Assembly (NCBI GenBank): GCA_030038475.1
Contig: JASHOU010000185.1
Location: 4,540 to 68,539, forward strand
Direction of reading: 5' to 3'
Source of the DNA: Terriglobales bacterium
Lineage (GTDB): Bacteria > Acidobacteriota > Terriglobia > Terriglobales > Acidobacteriaceae
DNA length: 64,000 nt
Shown: positions 40,987-49,687 of the stretch, one piece after another
Layout: every line of letters begins with the position of its first letter
How positions within the stretch are numbered: the first letter of the stretch is position 1
The notes under the pieces: generated by a model
What the model was told of the DNA's origin: nothing
What the model saw: the letters and a program-made list of their open reading frames with translations, nothing else
The model's database searches: none
Translations under genes and position numbers: made by a program

Positions 40987-43593
40987 ATGGGGGAGAAAAC
41001 CGCCCCGCCGGCAACAGATTTAAACGAGCCGCCGCAGGGAAAGGTGCCGCACGAAGCGACTGAGCGCGGCGCTCCACCGCCGCTCATCCGTCCCGTCGAA
41101 GCCAGCCGCGTCGAACCAGTCTCAACGCAAGCTCCAAACTCGGTGCGCGGCAACGATGCCGCCGAAGTTTCGCTCGCCATCGAGAAAGTGTATTTCGAAC
41201 AGATTATCGAAAACGCGCCGGAAGCGATCAGCATCGTCGACGAGGGAGTGCGCATTCTGCGCATCAATGGCGAGTTCACCCGTCTGTTCGGGTATACGGC
41301 CGCCGAGGCCACCGGTAAACAGCTTGACCAGCTCATCGTTCCGCCCGATCGCTATGCGGAGACGGCATGGATCGGCGAATGCGTGAAGTCCCAAAACAAA
41401 ATCTCGCTCGAGACGCGCCGCCAGCGCAAGGATGGCTCCCTGGTCGAGGTACTGCTCGCCAGTTCACCCGTAATTCTCAACGGCAATCGGGTTGGAGCCT
41501 ATGCCTCCTATCGCGACATCACAGATCAAAAGCGCGCCGAAGATCTGAATGCGGCCTTGTATGCCATCGCCGCGCGCAGCCAATCGGCGGAAGATCTGCA
41601 GCAGTTTTTTGCCGCCATTCACAATATCGTCGGCCAGTTGATGAATGCGCGTAACTTCTATATCGCCATCTACGATCCCCAAACCCAGCTCTTGAGCTTT
41701 CCCTACTTCGTCGACGAACACGATGCCACGCCAGCCCCCAAGCCGCTGGGCCGCGGTATAACGGAATATGTGCTGCGATCGGGTGAGCCGCTGCTGAGCA
41801 CACCGGAGATTTTCGACGATTTGGTAGGGCGCGGCGAAGTGGAACTGATCGGCGCGCGCTGCGTGGACTGGCTCGGCGTCCCGCTCAAAAGCGGCCCCAA
41901 TTGCTTCGGTGTGCTGGTGGTGCAGAGTTACAGCGAAAAAACCCGCTTCGGCGACCGGGACCGCGAGATTCTGAAATTCGTCTCCCAGCAATTGGCTGCC
42001 GCTATCGAGCACAAGCGCTATGAAGAGGCCCTCCGCCGCTCCGAGTCCCGCTCCCGCTCTCTGATCTTGAGCGCCGCCTTCGGTATTTGCCGCTGCACCG
42101 TCAGCGGCAGATTCCTGGATGTGAATCCGGCGCTGATTACCATGCTCGGGTATGGTTCGGTGGAAGATCTTCTGCGGCTGGACGCACGTTTGGAAGTTTT
42201 CGTCGATCCGCAGGGACTGGAGCGGCTGGCTGAAGATTATCGCCGTTCCGGAAGCCTGAATGGTGTCGAGGTGCAGTGGAAGCGCAAAGACGGCCGCATC
42301 ATCATTGTGCGCCTCAGCGGTTGCGCGGCCACCATCACCGATGTGCCGGAAGAAGTCCTGGAGCTGATTGCCGAGGATATCACCGACCGGCGTCAGCTGG
42401 AGGAGCAACTTCGCCAAGCACAAAAAATGGATGCGGTTGGCCGTCTCGCGGGTGGCGTTGCCCATGATTTCAACAATCTGCTCATGGTGATCAACGGATA
42501 TACCGAGGTGTTGCTGGAACAGATGCCGCGCGGCAGCGCCATGCACCATAAAGTGCAATCTATACAGCAGGCCGCCGACCGCGCCGCTACTCTCACCCGC
42601 CAGCTCCTGGCGTTTAGCCGCAAGCAGCTCCTGGAGCTTAAGGTGGTCGACGTCAACCACGTCATTGGCGACATGGAGCGACTCCTGCGGCCCCTGATCG
42701 GCGAAAACATCGAACTAGTCACGCAACTTTCGCCGGATGCTGGACACACGCGCGCCGATGTTGGCCAGCTCGAGCAAGTCATCATGAACCTGGTCGTCAA
42801 TGCCAAGGACGCGATGCCGGAAGGCGGCAAGCTTACGGTGAAAAGTTCCGATGTTACCGTCCGCCACAGCTTCAGCGAACACCGTTTCATCCAGCCGGGC
42901 CGCTATACGGTCATTTCTGTTTCCGATACCGGCCACGGCATGGACAAAGAAACCCAGTCGCGCATCTTCGAGCCATTTTTTACCACCAAGGAAAAAGGCA
43001 AAGGCACCGGCCTTGGCCTTTCTACCGTCTATGGCATCGTCAAACAAAGCAATGGATATGTGTTCGCGCAAAGCCAGGTGGGTACGGGCACAACCTTCTA
43101 TGTTTATCTGCCTCGCGTGGAGGATTCGGCGGAAGAGCTCAGCCCGGCACAGTCCGAGCAGAACGAAACTGCGGGCTGCGAAACCGTCTTGTTGGTCGAA
43201 GACGAGGAATCGGTGCGCGAACTGGTCAATGTGACGCTGGCCTCTCGCGGCTACAAAGTCCTGGAAGCCGAACATGGCGAAGCCGGCCTTCGCATCGCCG
43301 AGACCTGCAAAGAAGAGATCGATATCCTCATCACCGATGTGATGATGCCTGGCATGGGTGGCCGCGAACTGGCGAAAAGGTTGGTCGCGCTACGTCCCGG
43401 GATTAGCGTCCTGTATCTTTCCGGCTACACAGAAGATGCGGTCTTCACGCAGGGCTCGCTTGGCGCCGGCGCCGGGTTTCTGCAGAAACCCTTCACTCTC
43501 CAGAATCTTGCGCGGAAAGTCCGCGAAGTACTGCGCTCGCGGCCGGCACCGTCGCCCGCTCCTAAATCGATAGCCAAGTCGGCTTCGAAGTAA
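40987..43593 (+). CDS. Hybrid sensor histidine kinase (PAS-GAF-PAS-HisKA-HATPase_c-REC)
   Basis: H-box VAHDFNNLL, N box NLVVNAKDAM, G boxes DTGHGM / GTGLGLSTV, and C-terminal REC VLLVEDEESVR...ILITDVMMPGMGG. Confidence 0.9.
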   Translation: MGEKTAPPATDLNEPPQGKVPHEATERGAPPPLIRPVEASRVEPVSTQAPNSVRGNDAAEVSLAIEKVYFEQIIENAPEAISIVDEGVRILRINGEFTRLFGYTAAEATGKQLDQLIVPPDRYAETAWIGECVKSQNKISLETRRQRKDGSLVEVLLASSPVILNGNRVGAYASYRDITDQKRAEDLNAALYAIAARSQSAEDLQQFFAAIHNIVGQLMNARNFYIAIYDPQTQLLSFPYFVDEHDATPAPKPLGRGITEYVLRSGEPLLSTPEIFDDLVGRGEVELIGARCVDWLGVPLKSGPNCFGVLVVQSYSEKTRFGDRDREILKFVSQQLAAAIEHKRYEEALRRSESRSRSLILSAAFGICRCTVSGRFLDVNPALITMLGYGSVEDLLRLDARLEVFVDPQGLERLAEDYRRSGSLNGVEVQWKRKDGRIIIVRLSGCAATITDVPEEVLELIAEDITDRRQLEEQLRQAQKMDAVGRLAGGVAHDFNNLLMVINGYTEVLLEQMPRGSAMHHKVQSIQQAADRAATLTRQLLAFSRKQLLELKVVDVNHVIGDMERLLRPLIGENIELVTQLSPDAGHTRADVGQLEQVIMNLVVNAKDAMPEGGKLTVKSSDVTVRHSFSEHRFIQPGRYTVISVSDTGHGMDKETQSRIFEPFFTTKEKGKGTGLGLSTVYGIVKQSNGYVFAQSQVGTGTTFYVYLPRVEDSAEELSPAQSEQNETAGCETVLLVEDEESVRELVNVTLASRGYKVLEAEHGEAGLRIAETCKEEIDILITDVMMPGMGGRELAKRLVALRPGISVLYLSGYTEDAVFTQGSLGAGAGFLQKPFTLQNLARKVREVLRSRPAPSPAPKSIAKSASK

Positions 43594-43596
43594 CCA

Positions 43597-44181
43597 CTAC
43601 TTCTTCGCCGTCGGCGGCAAAATGCCGTTCAACCGCAGATACATCGCCGCTTCGGCATAGTGGTCGGCCCAGTTGCTGGCAATTCCCAGCGCGAATCGGC
43701 CGTGCGAGAAATCCTGGCCGCCGATGTTGGCGGCGATTTCACCGAGCTTGGAATCGTCCATTTTGGCGAGCGCATCGCCGCAGAAATCGAACGATGCTTT
43801 GAGCGCCGCAACCAGCTTATCTTTGCTGTCCGTGTCTTTGACTTCGTCCACCTTGGGAGCGGCGACATCGGCGGTCTTGCTGCAAAGCTGATAGTTCGCC
43901 TCAATCATGTGGGCAACCAGGTGGCCGAATGTCATCTGGTCGGGAGTCGGTTTGTAGCTGAACTTATCGGCCGGCATGGCGTCGACGGCCGCAATGGTAT
44001 TTTTCGAACGGCTGGGAAACTGACCGCGCAGCGCGCTGGCGATCGGGTCTTTGATCGACGTGGCGGCCGGGGCAGCCGGGTTTGCGGCGGAGCTTTGTGC
44101 GGGCATAGTTTGCGCGATCACCGTACCGGCGACGAGAAGTAGAACCGTAATTATCGCCATCGGAAACCTAGGCTTCTTCAT
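43597..44181 (-). CDS. DinB-family (DinB_2) protein with signal peptide
   Basis: FGHLVAHMIEANY...WADHYAEAAMYLRLNG four-helix-bundle His motifs. The start is taken at MKKPRFPMAIITVLLLVAG. Confidence 0.8.
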   Translation of the reverse strand: MKKPRFPMAIITVLLLVAGTVIAQTMPAQSSAANPAAPAATSIKDPIASALRGQFPSRSKNTIAAVDAMPADKFSYKPTPDQMTFGHLVAHMIEANYQLCSKTADVAAPKVDEVKDTDSKDKLVAALKASFDFCGDALAKMDDSKLGEIAANIGGQDFSHGRFALGIASNWADHYAEAAMYLRLNGILPPTAKK

Positions 44182-44333
44182 TTGGTCCTCCTGGGGGCGA
44201 TGAAAAGGATAGCGCGGGCAGCGCCTCTCGCGCCACAGCGCGACGGTCGATCGCTTATTCAAGCCGTTCATCCAAACCGTGAATCACTCATGCAAACCGC
44301 TCATCCGCACTGCGACTGCGCTATCCTAGTACC

Positions 44334-45308
44334 ATGCACGAGCATGGCGGACACGCGCATTCGCATGGCACGGGGCGGGTGCTGCGCATCTCGCTCGCCG
44401 TCACCATCGCTTATGTGATCCTGCTGGTGGTGGCCGGAATCCGCGCGCACTCGCTGGCGCTGCTCTCGGAAGCGGGACACAATCTTTCCGATTTTCTCGC
44501 GCTGCTGTTGTCGTTGGTGGCGGTGTTTCTGGAAAGCCGTCCGCCGAGCGCAACCAAAACCTATGGATATCGCCGCGCGGGAGTGCTGGCCGCGCTGGTC
44601 AACGCCCTGTCGCTGGTCGCCGTGTCATTTCTTATTTTCTACGAGGCGTTCCGGCGCTTGCAGCAGCCCGAGCACGTGCGCGCCGGAGTGATGATCTGGG
44701 TGGCTGCGGCGGGCGTGGCCATGAACGGGGCAATCGCCCTGCTGCTGTGGCGTTCCGCCCGCGATGTGAACGTCCGCAGCGCGTTGCTGCATGAGGTCGG
44801 CGACACGCTTTCGACCGCAGCCGTAATCGCCGGCGGTTTTGCCATCCTCTGGACGGGTCAGTACTGGATCGACGCGGCATTGTCATTCGGCATCGGCGCG
44901 CTGATTCTCTGGTCGAGCTTCGGCATCGTCCGCGAAACCATGAATATTCTGCTGGAAGGCACTCCTCGCGGCATGAGCCTGGAAGCGGTGGACTCGGCGA
45001 TGCGCAAGATCGCGGGCGTGAACGAGGTGCACGATCTGCACGTCTGGAGCATCGGATCGGAAAACCACGCCCTCTCGGCGCACGTAAAGATCGCCGACAT
45101 GGCAACCTCAGAGAGCGACGCCATCCTGCGCGAGATCAACGAACAACTCGGGCGGGTTTTTGGTATTCACCATACTACGATTCAGCTCGAACACGTGGTG
45201 TGCGAGACCGCTCATGCCTGCGTAATTGCGGTCAATGAGCAGGTGCATGACAGGGATGAAGATGAACACAACCACTCTGCGCACGACCACGGAAGACACA
45301 GACACTAG
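44334..45308 (+). CDS. Cation diffusion facilitator (CzcD/ZitB-type) transporter
   Basis: His-rich N-terminus, SEAGHNLSDF (TM2 HxxxD-type site), LHEVGDT (TM5 site), the cytoplasmic domain DLHVWSIGSENHALSAHV, and a His-rich tail. Confidence 0.9.
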   Translation: MHEHGGHAHSHGTGRVLRISLAVTIAYVILLVVAGIRAHSLALLSEAGHNLSDFLALLLSLVAVFLESRPPSATKTYGYRRAGVLAALVNALSLVAVSFLIFYEAFRRLQQPEHVRAGVMIWVAAAGVAMNGAIALLLWRSARDVNVRSALLHEVGDTLSTAAVIAGGFAILWTGQYWIDAALSFGIGALILWSSFGIVRETMNILLEGTPRGMSLEAVDSAMRKIAGVNEVHDLHVWSIGSENHALSAHVKIADMATSESDAILREINEQLGRVFGIHHTTIQLEHVVCETAHACVIAVNEQVHDRDEDEHNHSAHDHGRHRH

Positions 45309-45332
45309 ACGCGCGTCGCATGATGAAGCCGA

Positions 45333-47084
45333 CTAGGTGTGATGCTGGCGCTCGAAGATTTCCTTCACCGTCTCGATCGTGTCTGCATCTTCGGCGCGCT
45401 TGTCCGGGCGCAGCCGCACGATGCGGGGAAAGCGCAGCGCGTAGCCGCTCTCGTGGCGCGTTGAGCGCATCATATTATTGAACGCAACCTCCAAAACAAT
45501 CTTCGGTTCCACTGCCAGCCGTAATCCACGTTCGCCGGTTTTGTGAGCGAGAAACCATTGCGTCATTTCGGCAATCTCTGCGTCGGTGAGCCCGGAATAC
45601 GCCTTGCCGATATTCACCAGTCGCTCGCCGTCCCACACGGCAAACGTGTAGTCGCTGAGCACGCCGATGCGCTTGCCGTGTCCGTATTCGACGGCAGTCA
45701 CCACTACGTCGAGCGTGGCCAGCTCCCGTTTCATCTTGAGCCACGCCTTGCCGCGACGGCCCGGAGTGTATGGAGAATCAAGGTCTTTGATCACCAATCC
45801 CTCATTGCCACGATCGCGCGCAGCGGTGAAGAGAGTTTCAAGCTCGCTCGCCGATTTCGCGGTCGCAACCGGAGCCCGCAAGACATTCTCCCGTGAAATA
45901 TTCGCAAGGAAGTTTTCGTCCGAATCCTCAAAACTGAGGCTATGCTGTTTTTGGAATTGGCTTGCGACAGCGCTTCGATTCATGGAAATAGGTACGGCAA
46001 GAGGAGCGGCAAGAAGTTGGTCGAGAATCTTTGCGCGTTCATGGAACGGGCGGTCGAGCAGCAGCTCGCCATCCGCATACAAAACGTCGAAGACGAGATA
46101 GGCGACTGGTATCTTACGCATCAGTGTGGCGCTCACTTTTTTCCGGCCCAGCCGCTGCTGCAGCGTGCTGAAGGGCAAGGCGCGACCGGAAGATCCCGCA
46201 GCAGTGACGCTCCATGCGACGATTTCGCCATCGAGAATCGCGTCTTGCGGCAGGCCGGCGAGCGCCGACGGCAATTCGGGAAAAGATTCGGTGATCTCAT
46301 CGCGCGTTCGCGAAAAGATGCGCACCTCGCCTTGGCTCACATGGGCCTGTGCGCGGATGCCGTCATACTTATCTTCGACCGCGGCATTCTGAAAATAGCT
46401 CAGCGCTTCTTCCGAAGATTCGATCGGACTCGCCAGCATGAAGTCGATGGGATGAAAAAGGCGCAGCCGCGCTTCGGCCAGTTTGCCGGCAGAAGCCAGA
46501 CGCAGCGTTTCGCCCACATCGCCGATCAGCATGTTGGCGCGCTTTACCTGTTCCAGCGGCGCTTCAAAAGCGCTGGCGATGGCTTCTTCTACCAGACTCT
46601 CTTTAAGGCCGATGCGTAAGTCTCCGGTGACGATCTTCACAATGTATTTCGCTTCGAGCGGCGTCACTCCCTCTAGAAGCGCGCGGAGAAGAGCTGTTTT
46701 CGCGGCTGGCCCGCGCGCCGCGGCAATCTCGGAAAATGCCTCCCGCACTTCAGTGAGCCTGAGGTCTGCGACCGGGCCGGATTTTGGCCGGTGCTGAAGC
46801 GTTTCGGCAGCAACCGATCCGGCGTCGCCGTGCCGGCGATAAATCTCTGTCAGTTCAACCTCCGATTTGCCTGACAGATCGCCGATCACCTGCCACAGGA
46901 TCGCCCCGCCCACCTGCAAAGTTTGTTCTTCGTATGCGGGAAACGGGCGCCCGGAGAGAAATATCGTTGCTGCCGCAGCCTCGTCGGCAGCAAGCGACCA
47001 CAAATAGCCGGCGACAATCGCCTTTTTCTCCATCTTCTTCGTGGTCGCGGCGATGGCCTCACAGGTTTCGGCGAAGTGGAGCAT
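45333..47084 (-). CDS. ATP-dependent DNA ligase, Lig1/archaeal-type with N-terminal DNA-binding domain
   Basis: Adenylation motif I EDKYDGIRAQ, motif III/IV contexts (LDGEIVAW, FDVLY), and motif V/VI (EGLVIKD, WLKMK). The start is taken at MLHFAETCEAI. Confidence 0.9.
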   Translation of the reverse strand: MLHFAETCEAIAATTKKMEKKAIVAGYLWSLAADEAAAATIFLSGRPFPAYEEQTLQVGGAILWQVIGDLSGKSEVELTEIYRRHGDAGSVAAETLQHRPKSGPVADLRLTEVREAFSEIAAARGPAAKTALLRALLEGVTPLEAKYIVKIVTGDLRIGLKESLVEEAIASAFEAPLEQVKRANMLIGDVGETLRLASAGKLAEARLRLFHPIDFMLASPIESSEEALSYFQNAAVEDKYDGIRAQAHVSQGEVRIFSRTRDEITESFPELPSALAGLPQDAILDGEIVAWSVTAAGSSGRALPFSTLQQRLGRKKVSATLMRKIPVAYLVFDVLYADGELLLDRPFHERAKILDQLLAAPLAVPISMNRSAVASQFQKQHSLSFEDSDENFLANISRENVLRAPVATAKSASELETLFTAARDRGNEGLVIKDLDSPYTPGRRGKAWLKMKRELATLDVVVTAVEYGHGKRIGVLSDYTFAVWDGERLVNIGKAYSGLTDAEIAEMTQWFLAHKTGERGLRLAVEPKIVLEVAFNNMMRSTRHESGYALRFPRIVRLRPDKRAEDADTIETVKEIFERQHHT

Positions 47085-47290
47085 CCTGCATTCGATTCTA
47101 TGACTGATGGCTGCGACTTCGCGCCCATTGGCATCGTTGCCGACCACTCAAAATAGAAAACTTCTAAGCTGCTGATTCGCAGCGGGATATTGACGGTGAG
47201 TCTCGGCTTTTCCAGGTTCGAGTTTTTCTCCAACTGTGGTACTCTAGCTACACGTTGGAGTCTTCCTTCTCCGAGGCACATCCAATTCCT

Positions 47291-48370
47291 ATGCGACATT
47301 GGCGGCAAATTTTGCGTTTTTTGGCGGCGATACAGCTGCTTCCCGCACTCGAAAGCGGCGAGGAAACGCTCGTCGGTGGCCAGGCCGTGCTGGAAGGCGT
47401 GATGATGCGTTCTCCGCACGCCTGGGGCATCGCGGTGCGCAAGCCGTCGGGCGAAATTGTTACCCACAGCGAACCGCTGGAGCGGCCCTCCGAACATCAC
47501 AAATGGATGGGTTGGCCCGTCGTGCGGGGCGTGATGACGCTTGGCCACGCCATGACTCTTGGCTTTCGCGCGCTGAAGTTTTCCGCGAATGCGGCGCTGG
47601 AGGAAATCTCGGCCAACGATGCCGCAACGAAAGATTCCGCGACCGCTGGGTCTGCGAATCAAGTTCCCGCCAAGAAGTTTGAGATCACCGGCTGGATGGC
47701 GGCATTGAATATGGCGTTTTCCATCGCCTTCTTCATTTTCATGTACAAATACCTGCCGTTGCTAGCGACGACCGAATTAAAGAAGGCAAATCCAATCTTC
47801 GGTCAGCAGGTGATGTTCAATCTGGTGGACGGGCTGATTCGCATCACATTGTTCCTGCTGTTTGTGTGGGGCGTCTCGCTCTGGAAGGACATTCGCCGCG
47901 TTTACGAATACCACGGGGCCGAGCACAAGACGGTTTTCGCTTTCGAAAATGGCGATCCGCTCCAGACCGGCGCGGTGCAGAAATATTCAACGTATCATCC
48001 GCGCTGCGGGACCAGCTTTCTGATGACAGTGATGATTATCTCAATGTTCGTCTACATGGCGATTCCGGTGCAGACTTTCTGGGCTCGCTTTGGCATTCGC
48101 ATCGCGCTGCTGCCTCTAATTGCGGGCGTTTCCTATGAGATTATCCGCTTTGCCGCCAGGCGTTTTTCGGCAAGGAATTCCTCGACCGCGAACAGTTCCG
48201 CAACTGCGCCTGGCTTCTCGCTGTTTGCGTTGATGACGGCTCCCGGCCTGTGGCTGCAGCGCATCACCACGCAGCCTCCAGATGACCGCCAGGTCGAATG
48301 CGCCATCGTCGCCCTCGACTCCGCCATGGCTCTGGAAAAGCAGCGCGGCGGCGAATTAGTAATTGCGTAG
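47291..48370 (+). CDS. DUF1385-family membrane protein (commonly linked to prfA/prmC)
   Basis: VGGQAVLEGVMMRSP...EYHGAEHK...HPRCGTSF motifs. Position is upstream of prfA-prmC. The alternative TTG start is at 47255. Confidence 0.8.
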   Translation: MRHWRQILRFLAAIQLLPALESGEETLVGGQAVLEGVMMRSPHAWGIAVRKPSGEIVTHSEPLERPSEHHKWMGWPVVRGVMTLGHAMTLGFRALKFSANAALEEISANDAATKDSATAGSANQVPAKKFEITGWMAALNMAFSIAFFIFMYKYLPLLATTELKKANPIFGQQVMFNLVDGLIRITLFLLFVWGVSLWKDIRRVYEYHGAEHKTVFAFENGDPLQTGAVQKYSTYHPRCGTSFLMTVMIISMFVYMAIPVQTFWARFGIRIALLPLIAGVSYEIIRFAARRFSARNSSTANSSATAPGFSLFALMTAPGLWLQRITTQPPDDRQVECAIVALDSAMALEKQRGGELVIA

Positions 48371-48387
48371 CGGTTCCCACCGCGCAT

Positions 48388-48550
48388 AGTTCCCAGTTCC
48401 CAGTTCTCGGTTCTCGGTTCTCAGTAAAACCCCTACAATAAGATTTGTGAGAGCGAGTACGGAACTGATTCATGCGCGATGCCGCTGTTTTTTGCGGTCT
48501 TCTGAATTGCGGACTGGAAACTGAGAACTGTAACCGGGAACTGAGAACCG
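48388..48550. repeat. Split heptamer arrays: (GTTCYCA)n at 48388-48425 and (TGAGAAC)n at 48514-48550, ending 2 nt before the prfA ATG
   Basis: AGTTCCCAGTTCCCAGTTCTCGGTTCTCGGTTCTCAGT ... 88 nt ... CTGGAAACTGAGAACTGTAACCGGGAACTGAGAACCG. Confidence 0.8.
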
Positions 48551-48552
48551 AA

Positions 48553-49632
48553 ATGTTTGAACGTCTTGACCAAATCGAAGCCCGCTACGACGAGCTGACC
48601 AATGCTCTGGCTTCGCCGGAGATCGTCAACGACTCGGCGAAATACCAGAAGACTGCCAAGGCGCATAGCGAGATTTCCGAGATCGTCGAGAAGTATCGCG
48701 AGTATAAGGATCTGAAGCGCGGCATCGCCGAGAGTAAAGCCATGCTTGCCGAAGAAAAAGACGCCGATATGCGCGCCTACGCCGAGGAAGAACTGGCGAA
48801 ACTCGACGCGCGCATTGTGACCGTCGAAGAGGAACTCAAGGTTCTGCTGTTGCCGAAGGATCCGAACGACGAGAAAAACGTCATTCTCGAAATTCGCGCC
48901 GGTACGGGCGGCGATGAAGCGTCGTTATTTGCGGCCGAAGTCTTCCGCATGTACAACCGCTACGCTGAAACGCAGAAGTGGAAGGTGGAAGTGCTCTCCA
49001 CTTCGGAATCGGGCGTAGGGGGATTGAAAGAAGTGATTGCGCTGATCGAAGGCGACCGCGTCTTTTCGCGCCTGAAATACGAGAGCGGAGTGCATCGCGT
49101 GCAGCGCGTGCCGGCAACCGAACAACAGGGCCGGGTGCATACCTCGGCAATCACGGTCGCGGTGCTGCCGGAAGCGGAAGACGTCGATATTAAAATCGAG
49201 CCGAAAGACCTGCGCATCGACACCTTCTGTTCCTCCGGCCCCGGCGGGCAGTCGGTGAATACGACCTATTCCGCTGTGCGCATCACGCACATTCCGACCG
49301 GTACGGTGGTCAGTTGCCAGGACGAAAAGTCGCAGATCAAGAACCGCGAAAAGGGAATGCGTGTGTTGCGCTCGCGGCTCTATGAGATCGAGATGCAGAA
49401 ACAGCAGGAGGCGCTGGCAAAAGAGCGCAAGCAGATGGTCGGGTCGGGCGACCGGTCGGAGAAAATCCGAACTTACAATTTCCCGCAAAACCGGCTCACC
49501 GATCATCGCATCGGGTTCACCATTCACCAGCTCGAGCAAGTCATGGACGGCAAACTGCAACCCGTGATCGACGCGCTCATCACACACTACCAGGCCGAGA
49601 AGCTGAAGGGTGAGACCGCGGGCGTGGTGTAA
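48553..49632 (+). CDS. prfA: Peptide chain release factor 1
   Basis: [19 protein letters not shown]..., the PAT tripeptide context (RVQRVPATE) and the GGQ motif ([12 protein letters not shown]). The start is at the ATG giving the canonical N-terminus. Confidence 0.95.
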   Translation: MFERLDQIEARYDELTNALASPEIVNDSAKYQKTAKAHSEISEIVEKYREYKDLKRGIAESKAMLAEEKDADMRAYAEEELAKLDARIVTVEEELKVLLLPKDPNDEKNVILEIRAGTGGDEASLFAAEVFRMYNRYAETQKWKVEVLSTSESGVGGLKEVIALIEGDRVFSRLKYESGVHRVQRVPATEQQGRVHTSAITVAVLPEAEDVDIKIEPKDLRIDTFCSSGPGGQSVNTTYSAVRITHIPTGTVVSCQDEKSQIKNREKGMRVLRSRLYEIEMQKQQEALAKERKQMVGSGDRSEKIRTYNFPQNRLTDHRIGFTIHQLEQVMDGKLQPVIDALITHYQAEKLKGETAGVV

Positions 49633-49687
49633 GGCGCTAGGCTAGCGTTACAGCTAGGCACGCCGCCGTTCGTGTTCAAATAGCTTC

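Noticed and set aside
47215-47223. GGTTCGAGT resembling a tRNA T-loop
   Set aside because: No acceptor-stem complementarity, D-arm or anticodon arm can be built from the flanks. It is an isolated chance match.
48481-48499. GCCGC-TGTTTTTT-GCGGT as an intrinsic terminator in the prfA leader
   Set aside because: The T-run is in the loop rather than after the stem, and the stem is only 5 bp with a G-T pair.
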